Positions 50,221 through 61,177 of a DNA stretch of 64,000 nt are shown one piece after another (positions within the stretch are counted from its first letter, which is position 1; each line of letters begins with the position of its first letter). The stretch lies in assembly GCA_965224245.1 (NCBI GenBank), contig OZ245046.1, positions 5,120,001-5,184,000 of the forward strand, given 5' to 3'. Below the pieces are notes generated by a model. That model was not told the DNA's origin. It saw only the letters and a list, made by a program, of their open reading frames with translations, and did no database searches. A program made the translations under genes and the position numbers. The DNA comes from Candidatus Eiseniibacteriota bacterium. GTDB taxonomy: Bacteria; Eisenbacteria; RBG-16-71-46; CAZAMP01.

Positions 50221-51573
50221 ATGACGCGCGGTGTGCTCCACCACGCCGCGCGATACCCGAGCGCGTGGCTCCTGATCGTCGTCGCCGTCTTCTCTGCGCT
50301 CTCGGCATTCGCGCGATCCGATCGCGCACCGGGCGCCGACTTCTATCAGTTCTGGGTCGTCGGGCAGTCCATTCGCGCCGGAGGCCCCCACGACGTGTAC
50401 TCGGATGCCGCTCGTCGGCAGCTGGGTGCCGAGGCGCGCAGCCAGGCGCAGTCGGAGCCTGACTCGCGTCGCGAGGTGATCTCGCGTCATCGCATGGTGC
50501 TCGAGACGTACTCGTCCCCACTGCTCTACACGCTCTTTGCCGCCTTCTCCGGCGGATCCTACGACGAGGACCTCCGTCGTCTTCGATGGGGGACGATCGC
50601 GGCCACGGTCGCCAGCCTGCTGGTCTTCGGCATGGCGGTGGGACACGGCTCGACGTCGCTGGCGATCTTCGTCCTCGCGTTCACGGCCTGGTACGGCCCG
50701 CTCGATTCCGAGCTACGGGTCGGCAACGTGAACACGCTCCTGATGCTCGTCGCCGCGGCGATGATCGCGGCGGCGGGCCGCACCCCCCGCGGACGCTGGG
50801 GCGTGATCCGCGGTGTCGCACTCGGCGCCGGGATCGCGTTCAAGCCGACGCTGCTGGGCGTGCTCGGCCTCGTGCTGCTGGACCGGCTGGTCGGCCGGCG
50901 CTGGTGGGACGCGCGGGCCGAGGCGATCGGCGTACTGGTCGGAGTCACCATCGGCGTGGTCGTCGGCGCGATCGGACTCGGTCCCGGCGCGTGGATCGCG
51001 TGGCTCGGGGCACTCGCCACGCTACCCGACACCATCATCGGCATCCAGGCCGGCAACTTCTCCCTCGCACGCCTGGTCGGCGACGCGATCGGAGACGGTG
51101 CCGCACTCGCCGCGCGGGTGGCCGTGGTCTCGGTCGCGTGCGTCGCGACGTGGCGTGCGGCGCGTGCCCGGCGCTCGAACACCGCCCTCGACGGCGTCGG
51201 AGCCGCGCCGGCGGCGCGATCGCCCGATCGAGAGCACGACGTCGCGGTGACCGCGCTCGCCCTTCTGACGACCGTTCTGGTCTCGCGGCTGTCGTGGCTC
51301 CACTACTACGTACTGGCGGCTCCAGCTTTCGTGTATCTGCTGCGACCTCGCGCGTCCTCGGCGTCGATGGGATCGGCCGCGAGCTCGATCACGATCGCGT
51401 TCACGCTGGCGGGGTTCTGCTGCGTGGCCGTGAGCCCGGCCCCGCTGCTCGGCCTCCGGCTGCAGCCCGAAGGGCTCGCCGTGATGACGATCCTGGGCGC
51501 GACGCTTCTGTTCGCCTCGCTGTCCGCCGACCTGCTCGGCGCGAGCCCGCGCGAGGCTCAGCGTAACCGGTAG
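50221..51573 (+). CDS. GT87/DUF2029-like membrane glycosyltransferase (GT-C fold)
   Basis: DFYQFW, YSSP, GNVN, AFKP, GNFSL, SWLHY motifs; multi-TM. Confidence 0.75.
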   Translation: MTRGVLHHAARYPSAWLLIVVAVFSALSAFARSDRAPGADFYQFWVVGQSIRAGGPHDVYSDAARRQLGAEARSQAQSEPDSRREVISRHRMVLETYSSPLLYTLFAAFSGGSYDEDLRRLRWGTIAATVASLLVFGMAVGHGSTSLAIFVLAFTAWYGPLDSELRVGNVNTLLMLVAAAMIAAAGRTPRGRWGVIRGVALGAGIAFKPTLLGVLGLVLLDRLVGRRWWDARAEAIGVLVGVTIGVVVGAIGLGPGAWIAWLGALATLPDTIIGIQAGNFSLARLVGDAIGDGAALAARVAVVSVACVATWRAARARRSNTALDGVGAAPAARSPDREHDVAVTALALLTTVLVSRLSWLHYYVLAAPAFVYLLRPRASSASMGSAASSITIAFTLAGFCCVAVSPAPLLGLRLQPEGLAVMTILGATLLFASLSADLLGASPREAQRNR

Positions 51574-53216
51574 ATGATGTACTCGTCGCGTCCGGCGGGG
51601 CCGATCACGAATGGCAGTGGGCCGACGGCGCTGGAGTAGAAGCCGGCGCCGACGTCCCAGCACGTGGTCTGGATCCAGCGACGGTCCACCGTCACGAGGT
51701 CGATGCGGGAGGCGACTGTCTCATCGGGAAGAAAGACATGAGCGTTGCTGCGAGGGACGACGAGACGATCGCCCCGGACGCCGATGGGCCGGCGGGAGTC
51801 CTCGTGAACGGCGCCGCCCCGTTCCATGTAGTACTGGAAGCCCCAGTGTCCGAAGAACAGTGTCCGCTCTCCGCGGGTGACCGCGAGCGAGCGAGCCGCT
51901 CGGCGAACGTCGTTCGCCCACACCATGTCGCCCCACGCCACGACGGCGGCCACCGCGAACGCCGGCACGAGACGCAGTCCGGAGCGGAAGCGCCGCCAGT
52001 CGATCCGTGCCAGCTCCGGGCGCCGGGCCAGGACGATGGCCATTGCCGGCACCAGAGGCAGAATCGAGCGCCCGTTGTTCGACCAGTTGACGTACGTCGC
52101 GAAGAAGGCGGTTCCGCCGATCCACGCGGCCAGGAGAATGGCCGTCGGCGACCCCCGCTGTCGGAGGACGTCCTCGACCGTGGTCCAGACGACGGCCAAC
52201 CCCGCGAGCAGGAACACACCCAGCTGTAGCGTGTGGTGCCAGCGCGCAATCCGTACGATCCCCGGTGCATCGTACAGGCGCTGGGCGAAGGCGGCGGCGA
52301 CCAGCGCGCTCCCGAGGGTCAGGGCGATCCTCCAGCGCCACGGCCAACGACAGAAGGCGACCGGCAGCGCCACCAGTACGCATCCGCCGAGGAACGCGAG
52401 TCCGACGACGGTCTGATCGACGACCGTGAGCGGAGTGCGTCGTCCCGCGGCGTAGAGCGCGGCCTCGAAGAAGAGCCCGCGTCCGTACATGGCGCGGGTC
52501 AGCATCTCGTAGCCGAGCCACATCCCGAGCGGGAGGGCGAGCGGCGGCAGCCACACCGCCAGGCGTCGGGTCCGGAGGAGCGCGTAGAGCACGAGGAGCG
52601 GCAGCAGCGCCACCGCGAAGTACTTCGTCAGCGCCGCCACCCCGCACAGTGCGGCCGCGAGCACGAGACGACGAAGCGTCCGCCCGTCCGCCGGGTCGCC
52701 ACCCGCCAGGCTGTCGATTCCTCGCATCCACAGCCACAGCGACGGCAACCAGAGTGCGAGCATCGAGACGTCGCACATGATGGTCGTGCTGGACACCAGG
52801 AACGCCGGCGTAGCCGTCGCCACGAGCGCCGCAAGCAGCGGCGCGGCGCCCATGCGTGCGGCCAGGAGATACACGAAAACCATCGAGACGAGCGCCGGCA
52901 CCATGAAGCCGAGATGACACGCGATCTCGGACCACCCGAAGACCGCGGTGACCGCGGCGAGATAGTAGCCCGCCAGCGGGGGGTTCCTCGTGACGTCGAA
53001 CATCGGCGCGGCGTATCCGTACCAGTTCACGTCGAAGCCAAAGAAGTCGCCGGGACTGGCATGGATCTGCCTTGCCAGTGCCAGGAACAGCGTATCGTCG
53101 ATCGTGAATGCCTTGTTCACGAACGGCAGGTGAACCGCCAGTCCGATGACCACGACGAGGAGGAGCTGGCGTCTCGAGCGCGCGACGCCCGTCATGTCAG
53201 CTCCGTCCGCGCTCAC
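51558..53216 (-). CDS. GT39/ArnT(GT83)-like membrane glycosyltransferase (GT-C fold)
   Basis: AFTIDD in first loop, NPPL, MCD, ALTKY, RSILP; multi-TM. Confidence 0.8.
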   Translation of the reverse strand: MSADGADMTGVARSRRQLLLVVVIGLAVHLPFVNKAFTIDDTLFLALARQIHASPGDFFGFDVNWYGYAAPMFDVTRNPPLAGYYLAAVTAVFGWSEIACHLGFMVPALVSMVFVYLLAARMGAAPLLAALVATATPAFLVSSTTIMCDVSMLALWLPSLWLWMRGIDSLAGGDPADGRTLRRLVLAAALCGVAALTKYFAVALLPLLVLYALLRTRRLAVWLPPLALPLGMWLGYEMLTRAMYGRGLFFEAALYAAGRRTPLTVVDQTVVGLAFLGGCVLVALPVAFCRWPWRWRIALTLGSALVAAAFAQRLYDAPGIVRIARWHHTLQLGVFLLAGLAVVWTTVEDVLRQRGSPTAILLAAWIGGTAFFATYVNWSNNGRSILPLVPAMAIVLARRPELARIDWRRFRSGLRLVPAFAVAAVVAWGDMVWANDVRRAARSLAVTRGERTLFFGHWGFQYYMERGGAVHEDSRRPIGVRGDRLVVPRSNAHVFLPDETVASRIDLVTVDRRWIQTTCWDVGAGFYSSAVGPLPFVIGPAGRDEYIIYRLR

Positions 53217-54201
53217 GGAGGCCCGACACGTACAGCATGCCGAGCGCCGCCACCGCCAGTGTGTTCAAGCGGTAGGCCAGCGCGATGATGCCGCCCGGTC
53301 CATCGTCCGTCCCGCCGAAGAGCGCGAGACCATAGAGCTCCGTCAGTGCCAGCTCCGTCGTGCCCAGCCCGGCCGGCGTGATCGGGAGCGCCGCGATCAG
53401 CGACGCGATCGGCATAATCACGAAGTGATTCGACAGCGAGGGCACCGCGGGGGCGATCGCGGTGGCGACGAGCCAGAGCGCGAGCGCAGAGAGTGCATGA
53501 ACGCCCACGCTCATTGCGAAGGCCAGCGCGACGACCCCCGGCGCTCGTCCGAACGCATGAAGTGACGCGATGAGCTGCCCCACGACTCGTCTGAGGCGGG
53601 AGGACGTCTGATCGTCCCTGCGGTCGACGGGTCGGCTGCCGTGCCACTCCCGCCGGGAGAGCATGGTGAGCACCGCTCCGACGAGAAGCGTCGCGAGGAC
53701 GCTCGCACCCGCCACTGCCGGCATCTCCGATCGGATGTGCGGGCTCGCGACGAGTGCCGCACCGACGAAGATCGCGAGACCATACATGCCCACGATGCGA
53801 TCCATGATCACCGACGCCAGCGCCGCGCCGTGGGACCCGGAGCGCCTTCGGCCCAATGAGGCGGCCTTGAACACGTCGCCGCCGGCGCTCCCGAACGACG
53901 CGAAGCTGAACAGGTAGCCGAGAAAGCCCAGACGGAACGCCTCGCGCAGTGTCAGCCGCAGCCCGAGGGCACGGACCAGGCAGCGCCATCGGATGAAGGT
54001 GACCGACACCGCTGCCAGCAGGGTCACGAGCGCCATCGCGAACGTGACCCCGCTCTTCGGCTGATCTCTGAACCGTCGCCAGTCATCCGGGGGGATGGTC
54101 ATGACCACCCAGGCGAGAATGCCGAACGGAAGGAGTAGCTTCAGCGCGGAGATCGCGGCCGCACGCGTGGACGCTCCGGGCGCACGCGGTCGCTCATCCA
54201 C
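53197..54201 (-). CDS. Lysylphosphatidylglycerol-synthase TM/flippase-like domain protein
   Basis: [30 protein letters not shown]. Confidence 0.85.
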   Translation of the reverse strand: MDERPRAPGASTRAAAISALKLLLPFGILAWVVMTIPPDDWRRFRDQPKSGVTFAMALVTLLAAVSVTFIRWRCLVRALGLRLTLREAFRLGFLGYLFSFASFGSAGGDVFKAASLGRRRSGSHGAALASVIMDRIVGMYGLAIFVGAALVASPHIRSEMPAVAGASVLATLLVGAVLTMLSRREWHGSRPVDRRDDQTSSRLRRVVGQLIASLHAFGRAPGVVALAFAMSVGVHALSALALWLVATAIAPAVPSLSNHFVIMPIASLIAALPITPAGLGTTELALTELYGLALFGGTDDGPGGIIALAYRLNTLAVAALGMLYVSGLRERGRS

Positions 54202-55000
54202 CGCGAATGCCCTCGTCGGACGCCGCGGATGACGGCACCGTCACGTCGGCATCCGGCACCACGGGCCGGAATAGTGGGCTCTGGTAGAGGCCAGTGCGCC
54301 AGAGGCGATACTCGAGGGAGGTTCGCAACACGCCGATCCCATATCGACATGCGCGGCGCAGTCCGATCGAGCTCGCCTCGGGAAAGTACTTGGTCGGACA
54401 CGAGATCTCCCCCACGCGGAAGCCGAAGGCGAGGCACTGCGTCAACATCTGATTGTCGAACACGAAGTCGTCGGAGTTGCGCTCGAGCGGCAGCGTCTCC
54501 AGGACGCGGCGCGAGAACGCACGATACCCCGTGTGGAACTCGGAGAGCTTCGACGCCAGGAGGACGTTTTGCACGAGCGTGAGCGCCCGGTTCGAGACCA
54601 GCTTGTACAGCGGCATGCCGCCACTTCTGGCCGTCGCGCCGAGGATGCGAGAGCCGATCACGACGTCGTACACGTCGGAGGCGACCATCCCCGCCATCGG
54701 CGTCACGAGCCGTGGCTCATACTGATAGTCGGGGTGCAGCATCACGACGATGTCGGCACCCAGCCCGAGCGCCTCCCGGTAGCACGTCTTCTGATTCGCA
54801 CCGTACCCTCTGTTCTCCGGGTGTACTATCGTATGAATGCCGAGATGGCGAGCGATGGCCGCGGTGTCGTCGTCGCTTCCATCGTCTACCAGGAGACAGT
54901 GGTCGACGATGTCGTGAGGGATGGCGCGGTGCGTCTTCTCGAGCGTCCGTGCCGCCCGAAAGGCGGGCAAGACGACGACGATTCGCTTGGACGCGAGCAT
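54194..55000 (-). CDS. GT2 glycosyltransferase, polyprenol-phosphate glycosyltransferase-like
   Basis: [44 protein letters not shown] 55000. Confidence 0.92.
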   Translation of the reverse strand: MLASKRIVVVLPAFRAARTLEKTHRAIPHDIVDHCLLVDDGSDDDTAAIARHLGIHTIVHPENRGYGANQKTCYREALGLGADIVVMLHPDYQYEPRLVTPMAGMVASDVYDVVIGSRILGATARSGGMPLYKLVSNRALTLVQNVLLASKLSEFHTGYRAFSRRVLETLPLERNSDDFVFDNQMLTQCLAFGFRVGEISCPTKYFPEASSIGLRRACRYGIGVLRTSLEYRLWRTGLYQSPLFRPVVPDADVTVPSSAASDEGIRGG

Positions 55001-55182
55001 TGGTGATCCAGATCCTGGAGACGGGACGTCGCGCGACGGCGGAGGGCCGCGATCTCGAACCCGAGGATGATACCAGAGTACTTCAACCGGGGGACGGCTT
55101 CGGCGAACCGAGGCGCGTCTCGCCGTACGCACGCCCTGCGACGAGCCGACCGCGGAGCACTCGCAGTCGAGGATCGACACCC

Positions 55183-56196
55183 ATGAAGCCACGTTCGAAG
55201 AGATCTCACGCGGCGACGCTGGCGGCGTTGGTCGGGCTGGTGGCCGGCTGCGGGTCGCTCACGGGGCGCCACGACGTCGACGACGAGCTGGCACGTGCCG
55301 GGCCCACGACGATCCGGATCCTGGCCACCGCCCGCACCGATGGCGAGACCGATCCCTGTCCGTGACGGTCGGCGCCCGGACAGGGCGGGCTGGCCCGGCG
55401 GGCCACGCTTCTCGACTCGTTGCGGGCAGAGGATCCGGATCTGCTCGTGGTCGACGCCGGCGACTTCTGCGAGCACGATGGGCCGCTCGCGGTGGAGAAG
55501 AGCGCCTTCATCCTCAGCATGATGCAGGAGATGGGCTACGACGCCGTGGCACTGGGTCCGAGGGAGCTGGCGATCGCCGGCGACCTGTCGCACGCGATCG
55601 AGGATACCCGTGGCATCGTTCTCTCGAACGCGACCGACGCCATCGATCGATCACTCTCGCCTGAGCGCCACGTCGTCAAGCAAGTCGGAGGCACGAGAGT
55701 GGGCGTCTTTGCGCTCGTGCAGCCCGAGGCCGCCGGCGGCTCGGCCGCCGACGCCCTCCCCGAGCTCGTCGCCGCCGCCGAGCGCACGTTGCGAGATCTC
55801 CGCGCGGAGCGAGCCGGCTTCACGGTGCTGCTCTGTCAGCTCGATGCCGTGGTGACGGACACGCTTCTCAGACGGATCACAGGCGTGGACCTGGTCGTGA
55901 TGGGAGACACGCCCGTTGCACGCATTCGGGACCGTATCGAGAGCACCGTGCCCCTGGTCGTGTACCCGGGAGGAAAGGGACGCTCAGTGACGATCGTCGA
56001 CGTGAGCGTCGACGCGTCCGGTACCGTCGTCGACGGCCAGGCCCGGATGGTCCTCCTGAACGCGCACATTCCGCTGGATCCGCGAGTCCACGCGCGGGTC
56101 TCGGTCATGAACGCCCGCATCCGGGAGGAGCGGATGCGGATCTTCCGGGAGAGCCGGGGGCTGGGCGACGGTAGAGAGGTGTCGGACGATCCGTGA
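55183..56196 (+). CDS. Probable selenoprotein: UshA/5'-nucleotidase-like metallophosphoesterase-fold lipoprotein with Sec (TGA 55363-55365)
   Basis: Lipobox [30 protein letters not shown]…LLVVDAGD continues in frame into ORF 55420-56196; hairpin directly 3' of the TGA. Confidence 0.8.
55368..55394 (+). promoter_or_regulatory. Candidate bacterial SECIS element
   Basis: GTCGG-CGCCC[GGACA]GGGCG-gg-CTGGC stem-loop starting 2 nt after the UGA, with G at the first loop position. Confidence 0.55.
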
Positions 56197-56335
56197 GTCC
56201 GGCGACCCGCGAGGGCTCGTGGGTCGGTGGCGGGACCGCCTCGATCCGTCTGATGACGGATACCGGTCGGCAGAGGGCGTCCCTCCGGGTGCGGGGTCTC
56301 GCACCCGGAGGTGACGTGACGCGAGGATCAGCTCG

Positions 56336-57973
56336 TCACTTGCCCGGGCACTGGCTGACCACGCTGGAGTCGATGCCCTTGTTGCCGTAGTTCTTGTCGA
56401 AGTACGCCGAGAACTCCGCCGCGAGCTTCTTCGCTCGCGCATCGTACGCGGACGGGTCCTTCCACGTGTTCCGCGGCGCCAGCATCGTCGAGTCGATACC
56501 CGGCACCTCGTTGGGAACGTTCACGTGGAAGAGCGGATCCTCGGTGTACGAGACCTTCTCCAGCGTGCCGTCGAGAGCCGCATGGACGAGGCTCCGCGTC
56601 AGGTTGATGTCCATCCGTGAGCCCTCACCGTACGGGCCGCCGCTCCAGCCGGTGTTGACCAGGTACACGTTGGTCTTGTGCTCCTTCATCTTCCTGCCCA
56701 GGAGCGATGCGTAGTCGTCGGGGTTGCGCGGCATGAACGGCGCGCCGAAGAAACGCGAGAACGCGGTCTGCGGCTCGGTGACGCCGCGTTCGGTGCCCGC
56801 CAGCTTCGAGGTGTAGCCCATCATGAACCACAGCATTGCCTGCGCGGCGTTCAGCTTGGCCACCGGCGGCAGCACGCCGTTCGCGTCGGCGGTCAGGAAG
56901 ATGATGTTCGACGGATGCGTCGAGATCGGCGGCGTCTTGATGTGCTCGAGGAAGCTCAGCGGATACGACACGCGTGAGTTCTCGGTCAGGCGGCCGTCGT
57001 CGACGTCGAAGCTGCCGTCGGCCAGCATGAAGCAGTTCTCGATCAGCGCGCCGTGGGCGAGAGGGTCGGACTTGTGGAACGTGGCGTTCCAGATCTCCGG
57101 CTCCTTGTCTTGACGCAGGTTGATCAGCTTCGCGTAGCAGCCGTTCTCGAAGTTCGCGATGCCGTCGTCGCTCCAGCCGTGCTCGTCGTCGCCGAGGAGC
57201 AAGCGCCGCGGATCGGCCGAGAGCGTCGTCTTGCCGGTGCCCGAGAGGCCGAGGAAGAGTGCACAGTCGCCCGCTTGACCCTCGTTCGCCGAGCAGTGGA
57301 GCGGCAGAATGCCCTGGTCGGGAAGCAGGAAGTTCATGACCGTGAACATCAGCTTCTTGACGCTGCCGGCGTACGCGTTGCCGTACACGAGCCCCAGACG
57401 CCGATCGAAGTCCATCGCGATCGCCATGTTGGAGCGAAGCCGTCCCTGGTACGCGTCGAAGTTGATGCGGTCGTACGGGAGCACCAGGAGCTTGAAGCCT
57501 CGGCTCGCGTAGACGCTGGTCTCGATCTTGTCCGGGATGGGACGGAACATGTTGTCGGTGAAGAGCATCGTGGCCGCCCGATCGGAGACCGTGCGGATCG
57601 GGAGCGCGTACGCAGGATCGGCGCCGACGGTGCGGTCGGTGTAGTACACCGTCTTCTTCATGGCCAGGATCTTCAGCGCGTCGTTCCAGAGGTCGTCGAA
57701 CGTCGACGGCTCCATCGGAATGCAGTTGGGAGAGTCCCAGTCGATCTTGCCTTCGCTCTCGGAGTGGCGAACGATGAACGTGTCCTTCGGGCTGCGGCCC
57801 GTGCAATCAGACGGCGTGAACGTCGCGATCGCACCTCCGGCCGACGCGAACCCTTCCTTGTTGTCCAGGACGTGGCGGATCAGGTTGCGCCGGGGGAGGT
57901 TCGCGTTGACCCCGATGTGGTGTTCGAGCACGCGATCGAGGCCCTTGCCGAGTGTGTCTACCGTGTGTGACAT
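56336..57973 (-). CDS. pckA: Phosphoenolpyruvate carboxykinase (ATP)
   Basis: TGRSPKD, YAGSVKK, LHCSAN, GLSGTGKTTLS, GDDEHGW, NFENGCYAK, LVNTGWSGG. Confidence 0.96.
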   Translation of the reverse strand: MSHTVDTLGKGLDRVLEHHIGVNANLPRRNLIRHVLDNKEGFASAGGAIATFTPSDCTGRSPKDTFIVRHSESEGKIDWDSPNCIPMEPSTFDDLWNDALKILAMKKTVYYTDRTVGADPAYALPIRTVSDRAATMLFTDNMFRPIPDKIETSVYASRGFKLLVLPYDRINFDAYQGRLRSNMAIAMDFDRRLGLVYGNAYAGSVKKLMFTVMNFLLPDQGILPLHCSANEGQAGDCALFLGLSGTGKTTLSADPRRLLLGDDEHGWSDDGIANFENGCYAKLINLRQDKEPEIWNATFHKSDPLAHGALIENCFMLADGSFDVDDGRLTENSRVSYPLSFLEHIKTPPISTHPSNIIFLTADANGVLPPVAKLNAAQAMLWFMMGYTSKLAGTERGVTEPQTAFSRFFGAPFMPRNPDDYASLLGRKMKEHKTNVYLVNTGWSGGPYGEGSRMDINLTRSLVHAALDGTLEKVSYTEDPLFHVNVPNEVPGIDSTMLAPRNTWKDPSAYDARAKKLAAEFSAYFDKNYGNKGIDSSVVSQCPGK

Positions 57974-58406
57974 CGAAGTATCCTCTCGCAGGCTCCAACG
58001 GCGCGCGAGACGTTCGTGCGCGGGGAGCTGACTTGAATGCGCTCGAGTCCCAGAAAGCCGAAGAGCATAGGCGAGCGCTCCGTCGCGCGACAACTTGCGG
58101 AAACCCGAAACGGAATATTCGCCTGTCGCTATGTCAGGGCGGAGTCCGCGAGCGCCATCGGACCCATCGCACCGATCTCGACTCACGTTCACATCCGGCT
58201 CCGACGGCCATGCCGTCCGGGTCACGGTCGAGAGGTGCCCGACGTCCCGGCGCGCGCGGGCGCGCTCACGTGGGGGTCTCGCGGCCCTCGGCCGCGGGCG
58301 GCGATCGGCCGGACAGCGGGCGCGCCCGTGGGCGGCACGACCCGCGCGGGCTCGCGTGGTAGGATCTGTCGCCACCGATCCCGCACACGTGACCAGGAGC
58401 CCCGCC

Positions 58407-59768
58407 GTGACCCTCGAGCAATACGTGAACGACAACCGACGCCGGACGCTGGACGAGCTCGTTGAGCTGCTCCGGGTGCCGAGCGTCAGCACCGATCCCG
58501 CCCGTGCGGCGGACGTGGCGCGCTGCGCGCGTCTCGTCGAAGCGCGCCTCGCCGAGGTGGGGCTGTCCACGCGCATCTACGACACCCCCGGTCATCCGAT
58601 CGTCTACGGCGAGCGGCTGGGCCGCGAGGATCAGCCGACGCTCCTGATCTACGGGCACTACGACGTGCAGCCGCCCGATCCGCTCGCGCGGTGGCGATAC
58701 GGGCCATTCGAGCCGACCCTCGAAGAGGGCCGGCTGATCGCGCGTGGAGCCAGTGACGACAAGGGCCAGTTCTACGCCCTCGTGAAAGGCATCGAGGCCG
58801 CCCGCGCGACCTACGGCGACGTCCCGATCAACGTGAAGGTGCTGATCGAGGGCGAGGAGGAGATCGGGAGCCCGAACCTCGCGCCGTTCGTGCACCAGAG
58901 CCGTGCGCTCCTGGCGTCCGACGTGTGCCTGATCTCCGACGGCGCGCAGTTCGGACCAGGCCAGCCCGCGATCACATATGGGCTCAAGGGGCTCTGCTAT
59001 CTGGAGATGACCCTGACCGGACCCCAGAAGGATCTGCACTCGGGGGGGTTCGGGGGGACGGTGGCCAACCCGGCCAACGTGCTCGCACGCGTCATCGCCT
59101 CCTGTCAGGCGCCCGACGGCACGGTGACGATCCCGGGCTTCTACGACGACGTGGTCCCGATCGACGAGGATGAGCGGGCCCGCATCGCCGCCCTGCCGTT
59201 CGACGAGTCGGTTTACCTCGACGAGATCGGCTCGCCCGCCGCGACCGGCGAGCCCGGATACTCCACGCTGGAGCGCCGGTGGGCGCGTCCGACCTTCGAC
59301 GTGAACGGGCTCTCGAGCGGCTTCACCGGTGACGGGGCCAAGACGGTGCTGCCGTCGACGGCGATGGCGAAGTTCTCGATGCGACTCGTGCCCGACCAGG
59401 ATCCCGATCGCATCGTGCGGCTGGTCACCGCGCATCTCCGGCGGGTCACACCGGAGAGCGTGACCCTGGACGTGAAGCCCTTCCACACCGGGCGACCGAT
59501 TCTCCAGCCGATCGACAGCGAGCCCGTGCGGGCGGCGACGCGGGCGCTCGAGGCGGCGTTCGGCTGCGCGCCGGTGCACGTGCGCGACGGCGGGACGATC
59601 CCGGTCGTGGCCACGTTTCGCGAGGAGCTCGGCGTCGACTCGCTCCTCCTGGGGCTCGGTCAGGCCACCGACAATGCGCACTCGCCGAACGAGCAGTTCG
59701 ACGTCGACGCCTTCCATCGTGGTCAGGTGATGATGGGAGCCCTGCTCCACGAGCTCCGGCGTGGCTGA
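58407..59768 (+). CDS. M20 family dipeptidase
   Basis: YGHYDVQP, ARGASDDKGQ, EGEEEIGS, DLHSG, HSPNE; GTG 58407 after AGGAG. Confidence 0.93.
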   Translation: MTLEQYVNDNRRRTLDELVELLRVPSVSTDPARAADVARCARLVEARLAEVGLSTRIYDTPGHPIVYGERLGREDQPTLLIYGHYDVQPPDPLARWRYGPFEPTLEEGRLIARGASDDKGQFYALVKGIEAARATYGDVPINVKVLIEGEEEIGSPNLAPFVHQSRALLASDVCLISDGAQFGPGQPAITYGLKGLCYLEMTLTGPQKDLHSGGFGGTVANPANVLARVIASCQAPDGTVTIPGFYDDVVPIDEDERARIAALPFDESVYLDEIGSPAATGEPGYSTLERRWARPTFDVNGLSSGFTGDGAKTVLPSTAMAKFSMRLVPDQDPDRIVRLVTAHLRRVTPESVTLDVKPFHTGRPILQPIDSEPVRAATRALEAAFGCAPVHVRDGGTIPVVATFREELGVDSLLLGLGQATDNAHSPNEQFDVDAFHRGQVMMGALLHELRRG

Positions 59769-61146
59769 GACGGACGTCGGGTCGGGCTCCGGTCCGGGCG
59801 AGCACGACCCGCGACCGGTCACGCAGCGGGACGTGCTCCGAACCTGGTGGCCGCTCGCCGCGAGCTGGGTCATGATGGGGCTCGAGATGCCGATGGTCAG
59901 CGCGGTCATGGCCCGGCTCACGAATCCCGAGATCTCCCTGGCCGCGTACGGCGGCATCGTGTTTCCGCTGGCGCTGTTGATCGAGGCGCCGATCATCATG
60001 GTGCTCGCGGCGTCGACGGCGTTGTCGCGGGACTGGCCGTCGTATCGTCGCCTCCGTCGGTTCGTGGTCACCGCCGGCGTCTCGCTCACCAGCATTCACG
60101 TGCTGGTCGCGTTCACACCACTCTTCGACGTCGTGATCGGTGCGCTCGGATCCCCCGAGGAGATCCGTGGCGCGGGTCGTCTGGGGCTCATGATCCTGAC
60201 CCCGTGGACGGGATCGATCGCGATCCGTCGATTCCAGCAGGGCGTGCTCATCCGCTTCGGACGATCGGGTGTGGTGGGAACGGGCACCGTGGTCCGGCTG
60301 CTCGCGAACGCGTCGGTGCTGGCGGTCGGCGTCGCCATCGGCTCGCTCGAGGGGATCGTGGTGGCCGCGGCCGGTGTGTCGATGGGCGTCATCGCCGAGG
60401 CCGTGTTCGTCAACCGGGTGGTGCAGCCCGTGCTCCGCGATCGGCTCCGTCCGGCCGTCCCGGAAGGGGAGCCGCTCTCCTGGCTGGCGCTCCTGCGTTT
60501 CTACACGCCGCTGGCCATGACCCCCCTGCTCGGGCTCCTCGTGCTTCCGATCGGGAGCGCCGCGATGAGCCGCATGCCGAATCCCATCGCGTCGCTCGCG
60601 GTGTGGCCCGTGCTGTCCGGCATCACGTTCACGCTCCGGAGCCTGGGCATCGCGCTCAACGAGGTCGTCGTCGCGCTCCTGGATCGACCGAACGCGGCCT
60701 CCGCGCTGCGCAGCTTCTCGGTGCGACTGGCCGGCGCGAACACCCTTCTCCTGGTGCTGATCGCGGCCACGCCGCTGTCCACGGTCTGGTTTGCGCACGT
60801 GTCGGCGCTGAGTCCGGAGCTGACCGAGCTCGCCAGACGGGTGGTCTGGGTGCCCATCCTGGCGCCGGCATTCGGCGTATTCCAGAGCTGGTACCAGGGC
60901 ACGCTCGTGCACAGTCGCCGGACGCGGGCGATCACCGAGGCGGTCGCGATCAACGTGGCCGTGGTGCTCGTCATCGTGGCGATCGGGATCTCGACGCAGG
61001 CCGTGACGGGCATCTACGTCGGGCTTCTGGCAAACTCGCTGGGACTCGGTGCCCAGATGGCCTGGGTTCGCCACCGGAGCCGATCGGTGCGACGGCGCCT
61101 GTCGGCGACCCCGACGCTGCTCCGCGAGGCACCGTCGGTGACGTGA
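59761..61146 (+). CDS. MOP-superfamily (MATE/ANKH-like) 12-TM membrane protein
   Basis: Two internally similar halves (WWPLAAS…MARL…SLAAY / FYTPLAMT…MSRM…SLAVW; FQQGVLI / WYQGTLV); overlaps the dipeptidase stop. Confidence 0.7.
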   Translation: MAETDVGSGSGPGEHDPRPVTQRDVLRTWWPLAASWVMMGLEMPMVSAVMARLTNPEISLAAYGGIVFPLALLIEAPIIMVLAASTALSRDWPSYRRLRRFVVTAGVSLTSIHVLVAFTPLFDVVIGALGSPEEIRGAGRLGLMILTPWTGSIAIRRFQQGVLIRFGRSGVVGTGTVVRLLANASVLAVGVAIGSLEGIVVAAAGVSMGVIAEAVFVNRVVQPVLRDRLRPAVPEGEPLSWLALLRFYTPLAMTPLLGLLVLPIGSAAMSRMPNPIASLAVWPVLSGITFTLRSLGIALNEVVVALLDRPNAASALRSFSVRLAGANTLLLVLIAATPLSTVWFAHVSALSPELTELARRVVWVPILAPAFGVFQSWYQGTLVHSRRTRAITEAVAINVAVVLVIVAIGISTQAVTGIYVGLLANSLGLGAQMAWVRHRSRSVRRRLSATPTLLREAPSVT

Positions 61147-61177
61147 TGCCTCGCGGTGTCTCCCGGAGTCGGATCTC

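Noticed and set aside
50087-50224. Leader peptide MKTMTF… coupled to the GT87 gene
   Set aside because: No RBS, no amino-acid bias and no attenuator structure evident.
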